A stretch of 64,000 nt of DNA from an uncultured Candidatus Saccharibacteria bacterium (GTDB lineage Bacteria > Patescibacteriota > Minisyncoccia > Phycocordibacterales > UBA6899). The stretch is from the NCBI GenBank assembly GCA_964469335.1, contig CAYXYK010000004.1, forward strand, positions 23,230-87,229. The letters run 5' to 3'. Below the pieces are notes generated by a model. That model made no database searches. It was not told where the DNA came from and saw nothing but the letters and a program-made list of their open reading frames with translations. Both the position numbers and the translations under genes were made by a program. Below, one piece after another: positions 35,903 to 44,918 of this stretch (positions are counted from its first letter, which is position 1; every line of letters begins with the position of its first letter).

Positions 35903-37159
35903 ATGAAAAAAATCGTCCATGTCGCCACTCCGGAAATGCTAAGTGCGTCCCTCGTTTCATTGGGGATGCCGGTATTGATCTATGATAAAGAATTCAAGAT
36001 ATTCTATTCCAATATCGTCGACCAGCAGCTTGCCTCCGAACTCGATATTGTGAAGGAGATACGAAGTACGACCTCGGTCGACACAGCACGAGACTCCCTG
36101 CTTGCTTCGCTCGCACATGAGCTACGTAACCCGCTCGCGCCAATACGCAATACCATCGAGCTCTTGCGGATAAAGAATCATGATGATGCACTCATGGAAT
36201 ATATCGATGTGATCGATCACCAATTCGAATACATGTCGGAGCTCATCACTCAACTCTTGGATTCGACTCGATTCGTGCACGGCAAGATTGAGCTCTCACT
36301 CGAAGCGGTCGATATTGGCGCAGTGATCGAACGGGTAGTACATGCTACTCGAGCACTCGTCGATAAGGTAGGTATCACGCTCACCCTCGATCTCTCATCC
36401 GAAAAGGCGGTCGTGCTTGCTGACCGCATCCGCATCGAACAGGTCATCGCAAATCTGCTCCATAATGCGGTAAAATTCACCCCGAAGGGGGGAAGTATCC
36501 ATATCAAAGTAGTGAATGACGGGCGGCATGTCGCTGTTTCGGTCAAAGACAACGGTGCAGGTATCACCGAAGAAGAGATGGGGAGTATCTTCTTGCCGTT
36601 CTATCAGAGCGCGCGCATGAGGACAGAGAATAAAGGCCTTGGAGTCGGGCTCGATCTGGTAAACAAGATCCTTAACCTCCACAATGGCAAGATCACCGTC
36701 AAAAGCGGAGGACTCAATCAGGGGAGCGAGTTCACCGTTGTTCTGCCACTTCTTTCTGAAAGTAAGTGGGAATCGAGCAACACGGTATCGTCATCTGAAC
36801 TACAGACGCAGACGAAGAAGATCCTTGTCGTCGATGATAACGAAGCAGCAGCGGACACCATGGTGCAGCTCCTTTCTGCGCTCGGTTTCGATGCAAAAGC
36901 CATCTATCATCCAAAGGAAGTCACCGATTATCTCAGTGATCACGAGGTCGATGTCGCTTTTTTCGATATCGGGATGCCAGAAATGGACGGGTATCAACTC
37001 GTGAGACAGGTTCGCGAGAAGTGGGATACGCTCCCGATCATCGCACTCTCTGGGTATGGACAAGAAGACGACAAGCGTAAGGCAAAAGAAGCAGGCTTCA
37101 CTTCGCACCTCACAAAGCCGGCTGGAATGAACGACCTACGCGCCGCACTCGCAAGTTGA
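35903..37159 (+). CDS. hybrid sensor histidine kinase/response regulator
   Basis: HisKA LAHELRNPLAPI. HATPase NLLHNAVKFTP, DNGAGI, GLGVGLDLV. C-terminal receiver KILVVDDNEAA...DVAFFDIGMPEMDGY...TKP. Confidence 0.9.
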   Translation: MKKIVHVATPEMLSASLVSLGMPVLIYDKEFKIFYSNIVDQQLASELDIVKEIRSTTSVDTARDSLLASLAHELRNPLAPIRNTIELLRIKNHDDALMEYIDVIDHQFEYMSELITQLLDSTRFVHGKIELSLEAVDIGAVIERVVHATRALVDKVGITLTLDLSSEKAVVLADRIRIEQVIANLLHNAVKFTPKGGSIHIKVVNDGRHVAVSVKDNGAGITEEEMGSIFLPFYQSARMRTENKGLGVGLDLVNKILNLHNGKITVKSGGLNQGSEFTVVLPLLSESKWESSNTVSSSELQTQTKKILVVDDNEAAADTMVQLLSALGFDAKAIYHPKEVTDYLSDHEVDVAFFDIGMPEMDGYQLVRQVREKWDTLPIIALSGYGQEDDKRKAKEAGFTSHLTKPAGMNDLRAALAS

Positions 37160-37166
37160 TCAGAGA

Positions 37167-37210
37167 AACGAACACCCGATAGTCAACACTGTCGGGTGTT
37201 CGTTCATATA
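37167..37210 (+). terminator. terminator-like hairpin after the hybrid kinase gene
   Basis: CGAACACCCGA-tagtcaacactg-TCGGGTGTTCG, an 11-bp stem with a weak T-tract. Confidence 0.55.
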
Positions 37211-37363
37211 TATGCGCACAACGTCATTCCTCCTCATCTCACCCTCATGGGGGTAGTGCTACGCTGTATGTGAGTAACTGAGTTCACACAAGCTTGATGC
37301 GATCTATCTTCGAGGAACCCAGGAACCCAGGTCGATTATTTACATACATGAGGGCAACCTCAT

Positions 37364-38053
37364 GTGACAGATTTAAAAAACTCAAACAAAAAATTTATGA
37401 AATTCTCTCAGACAAACAATATGACAAAGCGTATTGGGACGACTATTCTCACTGGCGCAACCATCATGGCAACATTTTTCGGTCTTCCGTTACTCGCTCA
37501 GGCGGCAACCTATACCCGGCAGCTCGATCTCGGCATGTCCGGCGCCGATGTGACCGCACTCCAGCAATTTCTCGCATCAGACTCGACCACGTATCCGGAA
37601 GGAGTGGTGACTGGGTACTACGGCAGTTTGACCGCAGCAGCAGTCGGGCGTTATCAGGCAAAGAACGGTCTTGCCTCGGTCGGACGCGTCGGGCCCGCTA
37701 CGCTCGCGTTACTCAATGGTGGTAGCACCGTTATCGGTGATGTGAGCCTCGGCTATGGCGATGTCAGTGCGCCGATACTTCAACCCGAATCGGTTATCAC
37801 TGCAAGGACTTCGGTGACGATGAATTGGTACACCAATGAGCCTGCAACGGCACGCGTCCTGTATGGGACATACTGGCCGTTCCTCTTCACGAATGCGCCT
37901 TCAGTTGCAGGGATCGGTGGTGCAAGTACATATCAAACAGTGACGATCAACGATCTCGCTCCGAACTCGACATACTACTATGTCCTCCAGTCTACCGATG
38001 CGTCGGGGAATGTGAACCAGACAGTAGGAAAGCCGTTCTCGACGACGAACTAG
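37364..38053 (+). CDS. secreted peptidoglycan-binding domain (PG_binding_1) protein with Fn3-like C-terminus
   Basis: Signal peptide. GADVTALQQFLA...GVVTGYYGSLTAAAVGRYQAKNGL..VGRVGPATLALL matches PG_binding_1. Start likely internal (MTKRIG, ~37421). Confidence 0.7.
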   Translation: MTDLKNSNKKFMKFSQTNNMTKRIGTTILTGATIMATFFGLPLLAQAATYTRQLDLGMSGADVTALQQFLASDSTTYPEGVVTGYYGSLTAAAVGRYQAKNGLASVGRVGPATLALLNGGSTVIGDVSLGYGDVSAPILQPESVITARTSVTMNWYTNEPATARVLYGTYWPFLFTNAPSVAGIGGASTYQTVTINDLAPNSTYYYVLQSTDASGNVNQTVGKPFSTTN

Positions 38054-38083
38054 TTCGAAGCAAGGCAGTAAGCTTTGCAACAT

Positions 38084-38115
38084 GATGACATGCGGAAGTG
38101 ATTCCGCATGTCATC
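38084..38115 (+). terminator. perfect 14-bp hairpin; probable terminator of 37364..38053, and overlaps the first ATG of the next ORF
   Basis: GATGACATGCGGAA-gtga-TTCCGCATGTCATC. Confidence 0.5.
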
Positions 38116-38365
38116 TGATTCTCAGGATTATAAAATAGCGGAACAAAATATGACTGATCAAAAAAATGATACTAATACGAATACCAATACGCATGCCGCC
38201 AGCGAATCCCATCAGAAGCAAAAAGACGACGAGCACAAGAAGCACGGAGATCAGCATCGTGACCCGAAAGAAGGTGGAGAAAACGATCCGGATGACAAGA
38301 CCGATACTGATGACTTCCCAGGAATGAAGACCGAAAAGAATATCACAAAAGTACCCGCGGAATAA
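38108..38365 (+). CDS. small acidic low-complexity hypothetical protein
   Basis: Hydrophilic, T/N/D/K-rich. First ATG lies within the hairpin. Alternative in-frame start at 38150 (MTDQKND). Confidence 0.3.
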   Translation: MSSDSQDYKIAEQNMTDQKNDTNTNTNTHAASESHQKQKDDEHKKHGDQHRDPKEGGENDPDDKTDTDDFPGMKTEKNITKVPAE

Positions 38366-38376
38366 ATTACACCCGA

Positions 38377-40812
38377 ATGTTCGTATTTACTCACATTAGT
38401 CCTTTAATATCATTGCCTATGTTCTTCACGAAAAAAACAGAAAAACGCATCGCGAAAGCGACACTCGCGCTGTATGCGCTTTCGACCATCGGCGTGTTCG
38501 GCCTTGGCGGTGCGACAGCAAGTGCTGCCGAAGCACCGGTATGTACCACCATCGACCTCGGTAGTAGTATCGCGACCAAGTCAGCGGGGTATACCGAGAC
38601 GAACCCGAGCGCGTCACCGCTCTCGGCCGCACTCTATGCACATCCGTTCGCCGCATCATTTGTCACCGCGTCCACGGTCCCGCCTTGGGTCAACCCAGCG
38701 ACTGATGCGAATTTCGTCGGTTCTGCCGCTCAGTGGATCTCGACCGATGCATCTTGGCCGGGTGGAATAGGGAACACTGAGGGGTCGTCCACACTCAACC
38801 AGTGGAGACTCTATCAGGATGAGTTCACCGTACCCGCGAATGCGACCGGAACCACGCTCAACGTGTGGTATACGGGAGACGATGCGACCGCGCTCTATCA
38901 TAACGGCACATTCGCCGATATGACTGGAGTCGATGACGATGTGTTCGGAACAGTGCCGACAACGACACCCGGACACTTCACGTCGGTGTTCCACAAGGTG
39001 CTCACGCCGGGAGTCGGGACCAACACCGTCAGCTTCGTCGTGCGCAACTGGGGAACCGACGGAACTTCGAATCCGACCGGCCTCCTCTATCGTGCTGTTG
39101 TACAGTACTGTGTACCCGCACCGGTCACTGATGTGACGGTACTGATCGCAAAGTATGTGAACGGAGTCCCTGCGACCGCGACATCGACGAACGGAGCAGC
39201 ATTTCCGATGACCGCTACTTGGAATGCGACCAATATCGGTACCGGAACAGGACAGTTCATGCTCGAATCAAGTACCAGCTCGACTCCGTACCAGGCTATC
39301 TCACCTCCGATGACGATGGGGGCGAATTTCGCGACCAATGAGATTCTCGGCGGCGGAGTTGTTGCCGCAAGTTGTGCGACCGGAACACCGTTCGCCCTCA
39401 CCGGATATACCGTGGGTGAATCAGAGAGCGCGGCTGCTCTCGCGACCCCGACAACAACACCGCCGAATCTCCAGAACATCACCTCGAACAAGTTCGTGAT
39501 CGTTTGGAATTCGACCTGTGCGCTCGCCACGACGACTCCCGTCACGACTGGATCCCTGGTCGTCTCGAAGAAAGTGGTCGGAGGCACTGCAACATCAAGT
39601 GACTTCATGATCCACGTCATGCATGACGGAATGGAGATCGTCGGAAGTCCCGCGACCGCCACGCTGAGCGGTAAGACTTACGCCGGACTTGCAAGCAGTA
39701 CCTATGCAGTCAGTGAGAGCGGTCCGACCGCGAACTACGTGTCGGTCTTCTCCGGAGACTGTAATGCGGTAGGGGTTGTGATGGTAACAGGAAGTACGAC
39801 CAAGAATTGTATGATCACGAATACCTTCGTTCCGACAACGACACCTACCACACTCAAGGTGCATATCTTGAAGTATTTGAACGGTAGCGTCGCTTCTGCG
39901 AGCACGTCAGCCGGCTACTTGTTCCCGATGAGTGCGACCTGGAAGAGTGCGAATCTTAGTGGGGGTGCAACAAGCACCGGCACATATGTGCTCGGCACTA
40001 GTATCGGTGGTGCGGTGAACATGTACGGCGCTGATACTGCTGCGATGCAGTCACCGGCCTACTACACCACCAGTGAGGTGACCGGTGCCGGAAGCGGTGC
40101 AGTCCTTCCTGTCGGTGCCGTTTGTGCGACGACCAGCTACCGTCTCGTCGGGTATCGCTCAAGTGATATCAGTTTCGCAGATGCGGCAACTCAGTCGATG
40201 TCGACCAGTGCGCCGATCTTCGCGAACCTCACTGCGGATAAGTATCTGATCGTCATGAATGAGACCTGTACCCCAGGTGTCGTTCCTCCGGTGACCATTT
40301 CTCCGAAAGCGGAGAAGGAGAAGATCCTCGCTGAGCTCGTCGCACTCAAGGCTTCGCTCGTGAATGTGAACGCAAAGAATGCGCGTGAGCGAGGTGAGAA
40401 TGAGAAGAAGAACAATGACAAGAAGATTCTCTCTCGCGTGATCGCGGATCTCCGTACATCACTTCGTGCGAATCTCTGGGTCACCGACACTCGCCTCAAT
40501 GACCGTAAGGGAGACAAGGTGTTCGATGCCGAACAAGAGGCAGTCATCGATCTCAAGGTGCTCTATAACAGCAAGCGCAGCGCAGTCAGTCAGACTGTTG
40601 TGCTCGACCTCATCACCCGTCTTGCTGCTGACGATCGCGCCATTGCCGTAGCGGCGATCGCGGATGCAGTCGCTGCAGGCGGAGTTGCTGCGAACATCGC
40701 GAACGCGAATGTCGCACTCGCTTCAGGTGATGCCGCAACGGCACTCGGACACTATGTCACCGCCATCGGTTACTACCAGGATGCTTGGGGATTTGCGGTG
40801 ACATCCTTCTAG
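38377..40812 (+). CDS. large Thr/Ala-rich secreted surface protein (811 aa) with internally duplicated ~250 aa domains and C-terminal coiled coil
   Basis: Signal/TM at N-terminus. Repeated blocks (..KYVNGVPATATSTNGAAFPMTATWNATN.. / ..KYLNGSVASASTSAGYLFPMSATWKSAN..). C-terminal K/E-rich helical region. Confidence 0.75.
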   Translation: MFVFTHISPLISLPMFFTKKTEKRIAKATLALYALSTIGVFGLGGATASAAEAPVCTTIDLGSSIATKSAGYTETNPSASPLSAALYAHPFAASFVTASTVPPWVNPATDANFVGSAAQWISTDASWPGGIGNTEGSSTLNQWRLYQDEFTVPANATGTTLNVWYTGDDATALYHNGTFADMTGVDDDVFGTVPTTTPGHFTSVFHKVLTPGVGTNTVSFVVRNWGTDGTSNPTGLLYRAVVQYCVPAPVTDVTVLIAKYVNGVPATATSTNGAAFPMTATWNATNIGTGTGQFMLESSTSSTPYQAISPPMTMGANFATNEILGGGVVAASCATGTPFALTGYTVGESESAAALATPTTTPPNLQNITSNKFVIVWNSTCALATTTPVTTGSLVVSKKVVGGTATSSDFMIHVMHDGMEIVGSPATATLSGKTYAGLASSTYAVSESGPTANYVSVFSGDCNAVGVVMVTGSTTKNCMITNTFVPTTTPTTLKVHILKYLNGSVASASTSAGYLFPMSATWKSANLSGGATSTGTYVLGTSIGGAVNMYGADTAAMQSPAYYTTSEVTGAGSGAVLPVGAVCATTSYRLVGYRSSDISFADAATQSMSTSAPIFANLTADKYLIVMNETCTPGVVPPVTISPKAEKEKILAELVALKASLVNVNAKNARERGENEKKNNDKKILSRVIADLRTSLRANLWVTDTRLNDRKGDKVFDAEQEAVIDLKVLYNSKRSAVSQTVVLDLITRLAADDRAIAVAAIADAVAAGGVAANIANANVALASGDAATALGHYVTAIGYYQDAWGFAVTSF

Positions 40813-40844
40813 TTCACGGGGCAATTTAGATTAGTCGATAATAC

Positions 40845-40876
40845 AAAACCGCCACTTTCGAGTGGCGGTTTTGTTG
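40845..40876 (+). terminator. rho-independent terminator
   Basis: AAAACCGCCACT-ttcg-AGTGGCGGTTTT followed by gttg. Confidence 0.85.
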
Positions 40877-40952
40877 TCCACAACATAATTGTGTTGGTTG
40901 ATATGATATCTTGGAGCAAGAACGATCCACAACTATTTACGGAGAGATATGT

Positions 40953-41117
40953 ATGAGCAAAAAGCTCGGATATAGTGTTTTCGTGTTCGTTGCGCTGCTC
41001 TGTCTTCTTTCAGGGACCGCAGCACACAACATCTTCGGTCTTGAGATAGATAAGGATTCACGTGCTTGCTTCGAGATCGGGCAACACGCGATCTGCGTGA
41101 CTCCACTCAAGCAGTAG
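40953..41117 (+). CDS. small secreted Cys-containing peptide (54 aa)
   Basis: SD GGAGAG 7 nt before ATG. Signal peptide MSKKLGYSVFVFVALLCLLSGTAA. Mature ~30 aa with 2 Cys. Own terminator downstream. Confidence 0.5.
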   Translation: MSKKLGYSVFVFVALLCLLSGTAAHNIFGLEIDKDSRACFEIGQHAICVTPLKQ

Positions 41118-41120
41118 ATG

Positions 41121-41146
41121 AGAGCCCCGGCGGGGCTCTTTTTGTT
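41121..41146 (+). terminator. rho-independent terminator
   Basis: AGAGCCCCG-gc-CGGGGCTCT followed by ttttg. Confidence 0.85.
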
Positions 41147-41250
41147 CAGCGGCAGAGAAGTTGACTTTCCATTGGGATGTTGTAGTTTCAGGGACAGAAA
41201 AAGGTGAGACCCCTGCCTACTCAGGAGTCGCAAAGCACAAGCGAGGTTCC

Positions 41251-41610
41251 ATGCGTTCAGAACAGCAAGACCGCCTTCATCTCGAGGCGCACAGGATCTT
41301 CTCCCGCATCGAAGTCGAGGCTCAGACTTTCGGTGGCATCAGCCAGCGTGCCGCGTTCTTCAAGGACATCGCACTCTCGGTCGTCGTCGCGTCGATGCAT
41401 GGCGATCCGAACAAGCTTCCGGAGATGTTCAACACCTCGGTATTCCGTTCCTTGGTGCTCGAGCCGGTGCTGCGCTATGCCGAAGGGGACAAGATCCGCC
41501 TCGAAGCCCTGATGTTCCGTCTCGGGCAGTTCCTCACGGTGCGCGAGTACACCGAGCGCCAGCTGGCGTACGAAGCGAAGTTCTGCCTTCCGTTCAAGAA
41601 GGCCGCGTAG
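41251..41610 (+). CDS. hypothetical protein (119 aa)
   Basis: Start chosen at MRSEQQD. Followed by a terminator hairpin. Confidence 0.45.
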   Translation: MRSEQQDRLHLEAHRIFSRIEVEAQTFGGISQRAAFFKDIALSVVVASMHGDPNKLPEMFNTSVFRSLVLEPVLRYAEGDKIRLEALMFRLGQFLTVREYTERQLAYEAKFCLPFKKAA

Positions 41611-41624
41611 CCCCGCCCCACACG

Positions 41625-41652
41625 AAGCCCCCACCCCGGGGGCTTTCCTTTT
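41625..41652 (+). terminator. rho-independent terminator
   Basis: AGCCCCC-acccc-GGGGGCT followed by ttccttttc. Confidence 0.7.
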
Positions 41653-41701
41653 CATCGGGCAGCACTCTGCTACACTGCATTGATTAGGATAATCAACCCT
41701 T

Positions 41702-42160
41702 ATGGACGACAAACACGTACTCACTATCGAACGAATCTTGCATGCGCCTCGCGAGAAGGTGTGGCTCGCCTGTACCGACGAGGTAGAGCTCTCGAAGTGG
41801 TGGGGGCAGCCGAAAGATGGCGTGATGCCGTTTGCAAAGCTCGACTTCAAGGAGGGTGGGTCGTTCCACTTCATGGTGGAGCTGCCGGGGGATATCGAAA
41901 TATGGGGGAAGTCTGTATACAAGGAGATCGTCGAGCCTGAGCGAATCGTGTTCGACGAGTATTTCTCGAACGAGCATGGCGACCTTCTCGACGACGAAGA
42001 GCTGCCGAAGTCGGAAATCACCCTCACACTTATTGCGGAGGGGAGTGGAACCAAGCTCATCGTGCGCCATGCGGGACTCGGAGTCGCGCCGCATACCATC
42101 CTTGAATACAAAGAAGGATGGACAGAATCGCTCGATCGGCTTGCTGCGGCAGCGAGATAA
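41702..42160 (+). CDS. SRPBCC family protein (AHSA1/Aha1-like domain)
   Basis: LTIERILHAPREKVWLACTDEVELSKWWG is a typical AHSA1-domain N-terminus. Confidence 0.85.
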   Translation: MDDKHVLTIERILHAPREKVWLACTDEVELSKWWGQPKDGVMPFAKLDFKEGGSFHFMVELPGDIEIWGKSVYKEIVEPERIVFDEYFSNEHGDLLDDEELPKSEITLTLIAEGSGTKLIVRHAGLGVAPHTILEYKEGWTESLDRLAAAAR

Positions 42161-42177
42161 GTAGTATCCTTCATTCT

Positions 42178-42732
42178 ATGAGAAAAATCATCGTTACTGA
42201 ATTCATTACTCTCGACGGCATCATCGAAGCGCCGCACGAATGGTCGTTCCCATACTGGGATGACGGCATCGCCAAATTCAAACTTGACGAAGTGCTAGAA
42301 GCGGAGTCGCTCCTCCTTGGACGTATCACCTATAAGGGATTTGCGGACGCTTGGCCTGAACGCGAGGATGAGACCGGGTTCGCCGACAAGATGAACAGTA
42401 TGAAGAAGTATGTTGTCTCGACAACGCTCAAACCCGAGTGGAACAATTCGGTCCTGTTCAAAGAACATCCGATCGAAGAGATACGGAAAGTAAAGGCAGA
42501 GGAGGGCGGTGACATCTTGGTCGCGGGGAGCGGCGAACTGATCTCATCGCTTATTGAGAATGACCTGATCGACGAATATCGTCTCTTGGTCTATCCGCTC
42601 GTACTCGGAACCGGCAAAAAGCTGTTCACCGGCAAGCATCATATCGAGCTCACGCTCACCGAAGAGCGGAAGTTCGAGAAGGGGGTTACTCTTCTCCGCT
42701 ACGAACCTGTCCGTAGTGCTACTGCAGCATAA
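42178..42732 (+). CDS. dihydrofolate reductase family protein (RibD C-terminal domain-like)
   Basis: MRKIIVTEFITLDGIIEAP......LLLGRITY..F...W........ILVAGSGELISSLIENDLIDEYRLLVYPLVLGTGKKLF. Confidence 0.85.
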   Translation: MRKIIVTEFITLDGIIEAPHEWSFPYWDDGIAKFKLDEVLEAESLLLGRITYKGFADAWPEREDETGFADKMNSMKKYVVSTTLKPEWNNSVLFKEHPIEEIRKVKAEEGGDILVAGSGELISSLIENDLIDEYRLLVYPLVLGTGKKLFTGKHHIELTLTEERKFEKGVTLLRYEPVRSATAA

Positions 42733-42827
42733 TCTTCGCACTTCAATTTCGAAGGTCCGGGTAGCTGCGTCTGATTGATGCAGAGCAGGGACGGTTAGGA
42801 TAAAATAAAGGTACGTAATATTCCCAT

Positions 42828-43370
42828 ATGTTCACACTCGCAATTCTCGCAATCGGTGCCGTCATCCTCTTCGCTCTTGCCGCAAAGAGTCCGAGCGATT
42901 TCCATATCGAACGGTCGGTCGCAATGGCCGCTACACCTGAGCAGATATTCCCTCTGATCAATGATTTCCATTCATGGGTGAATTGGTCGCCGTACGAAAA
43001 GCTCGATCCGAAGATGGAAAAGACCTACAGCGGGAGCGAGGCGGGTCCGGGTGCGGTCTATGAATGGAAGGGGAACGGGAAAGCGGGCGCAGGTCGCATC
43101 GAGATCATCAAAGTGTCCGAGCCGTTGCGGGTCACGATGACGCTCGATATGTACAAGCCGATCAGGGGACACAATAAGGTGGTGTTCAGTATCACTCCTT
43201 CGGGAGAAGAGTCGGTCGTAACCTGGGCGATGGACGGTACCAACCCCTTCATCGTAAAAGTCGTGAGCCAGTTCGTGAATATGGATAAGATGATCGGGAA
43301 GGATTTCGAGGAAGGACTCTTCAATCTGAAAGCGCTGGTCGAGCCTCCTCCTTCCGACGAGGACGAATGA
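42828..43370 (+). CDS. SRPBCC family protein (polyketide cyclase/dehydrase-like) with N-terminal TM
   Basis: ..IFPLINDFHSWVNWSPYEKLDP..GAVYEWKGNGKAGAGRIEI is the SRPBCC ligand-binding fold pattern. Confidence 0.8.
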   Translation: MFTLAILAIGAVILFALAAKSPSDFHIERSVAMAATPEQIFPLINDFHSWVNWSPYEKLDPKMEKTYSGSEAGPGAVYEWKGNGKAGAGRIEIIKVSEPLRVTMTLDMYKPIRGHNKVVFSITPSGEESVVTWAMDGTNPFIVKVVSQFVNMDKMIGKDFEEGLFNLKALVEPPPSDEDE

Positions 43371-43415
43371 GCTGGAACAGTAACAGCATCTCTTCGCAAG
43401 ATCGAGATGCTTTTT

Positions 43416-43874
43416 CTATGCACCGTTCGACTTCAGCCAAGCGAGTGCTTCCTCCCTAGTGTCGAATGTTTTGATGTCAGTGCGTTTTGTGAGATAGCTG
43501 ATCGTGCGTATCGCCATCTTTGTAAGGAGGTTCCCTCCGACGATCGCTGTTTTCAAGACCGGGTAGTCGCTTCCTTCGGCGAGGTGCCGGATGATCTCGG
43601 AAGATTCTTCGTCGAATCCATAGAGTTCGCTGACATCCACGATGCAGTACGCTCTGTCACCGTGTTGTGCGTTCAACTCCGTCGCATGCTCCTTCACTGC
43701 CTTCACCCAAGCGATGAGATCATCACGTATCTCGGTTGAGGCAATGTCCCCTGCAACTCGGAGTTCAAGCCCCCCGTCTTCATTCACTGTAATCCCTAAT
43801 TGTGCTTTTTCATCGAACGCAGTCTCCATCGTGTCTTCATCATAACATGCAAAGTTGTCTCCGCTGAGAGTCAA
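43416..43874 (-). CDS. STAS-domain (SpoIIAA/anti-sigma antagonist-like) protein, paralog of 56491..56901
   Basis: ..CIVDVSELYGFDEESSEIIRHLAEG.....KTAIVGGN.....AIRTISYLTKRTDIKTFDTREEALAWL is a STAS-like layout ending in F.t.eEAl.WL. Confidence 0.5.
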   Translation of the reverse strand: MTLSGDNFACYDEDTMETAFDEKAQLGITVNEDGGLELRVAGDIASTEIRDDLIAWVKAVKEHATELNAQHGDRAYCIVDVSELYGFDEESSEIIRHLAEGSDYPVLKTAIVGGNLLTKMAIRTISYLTKRTDIKTFDTREEALAWLKSNGA

Positions 43875-43904
43875 TACTCACTGGTTGCCGCTCTATCATC
43901 GCTG

Positions 43905-43943
43905 CGTAAAAGAAAAGCGCCCCTTCAGAGAAGTGGGCGCTTT
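43905..43943 (-). terminator. rho-independent terminator (minus strand) after 43962..44240
   Basis: AAAGCGCCC-(12 nt loop)-GGGCGCTTT. On the minus strand it is followed by TTTTCTTTTA. Confidence 0.75.
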
Positions 43944-43961
43944 CGCATCGTGGTGCCGCGG

Positions 43962-44240
43962 TTAGGCGGCGCGTGCCGCGATCGCGGCGATCATCTCCGC
44001 ACCGTCCGGTGTCGGGAGCGCGTAGTTGCCGGTCAACTTGACCCAACCCTTCTTCGCCCAGCTGACGATGATGTCGCGTACTTCCTTCGCGGTGAGGAGC
44101 GGGTTCTTGAGGACCCTGCGCACTTCGCGGGTGATGGTGCTGACGCGTTCGCCGATGCCGGTCATGATTGGGGTGGTGGAAAGGTGAAGAGCGATTGCAT
44201 GGGTGACGCTCATCTTCACGGCGGGTTGTACACTCTGCAT
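43962..44240 (-). CDS. small hypothetical protein (92 aa)
   Basis: SD AGGAG before ATG (MQSVQPAVK..). Divergent from the ECF sigma operon. Confidence 0.5.
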   Translation of the reverse strand: MQSVQPAVKMSVTHAIALHLSTTPIMTGIGERVSTITREVRRVLKNPLLTAKEVRDIIVSWAKKGWVKLTGNYALPTPDGAEMIAAIAARAA

Positions 44241-44411
44241 TGAAAGAACTCCTGAATCCTCCGAATCGGAGAACCACATAGTAACGGATTTTCCCGGAAT
44301 GTCCATATATAGAGCAGTGATTCTGTGATGAAACTGTGACATTTGCGTCATTTCCGTCAAGATGTAAGAATCAGTCGATACCGGCGTCATCTGTAGTGTT
44401 GGTGTAGTAAC

Positions 44412-44918
44412 ATGCAAAATAGCGAAGAAGAATTTCTCAAGCTCTATGACGATGAAGCTGACGCCCTCTACCGCTTCGTGTTTTTGCGCATCAACGATCA
44501 TGACCGTGCGCTCGATATCGTCCAAGAAACATATCTGCGCGTCTGGCGTGCCCTCTGTGAGGGCGGTGAGATAAAGGTACTACGACCCTTCCTTTTCGCC
44601 ACTGCCCGCAATCTCCTCATCGATACGTATCGACAGGACGGCCGCAGGCAGACAGACTCCCTTGATCGCTTTTTCGAGGAAGGAGGTGAGCTTGAGGATG
44701 ATCTCCTCTCGACACCATATGTGCAATTCGATATCGACCGAGCGAAGCAACTACTCGCCGAACTCGATCCGCCTGAATACCGTGAAGTGATACTCCTTCG
44801 CTACGTCGAAGAATTGACACCGAAGGAGATTGCCCAGGCGGAGGGAGTGAGCGAGTACGTCGTTTCGGTCAGGATCAATCGTGCGATGAAGAAATTACAA
44901 GCCCAGTTCAACACATGA
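44412..44918 (+). CDS. RNA polymerase sigma-70 family ECF sigma factor (second copy)
   Basis: Region 2 LDIVQETYLRVWRAL. Region 4 REVILLRYVEELTPKEIAQAEGVSEYVVSVRINRAMKKL. Confidence 0.9.
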   Translation: MQNSEEEFLKLYDDEADALYRFVFLRINDHDRALDIVQETYLRVWRALCEGGEIKVLRPFLFATARNLLIDTYRQDGRRQTDSLDRFFEEGGELEDDLLSTPYVQFDIDRAKQLLAELDPPEYREVILLRYVEELTPKEIAQAEGVSEYVVSVRINRAMKKLQAQFNT

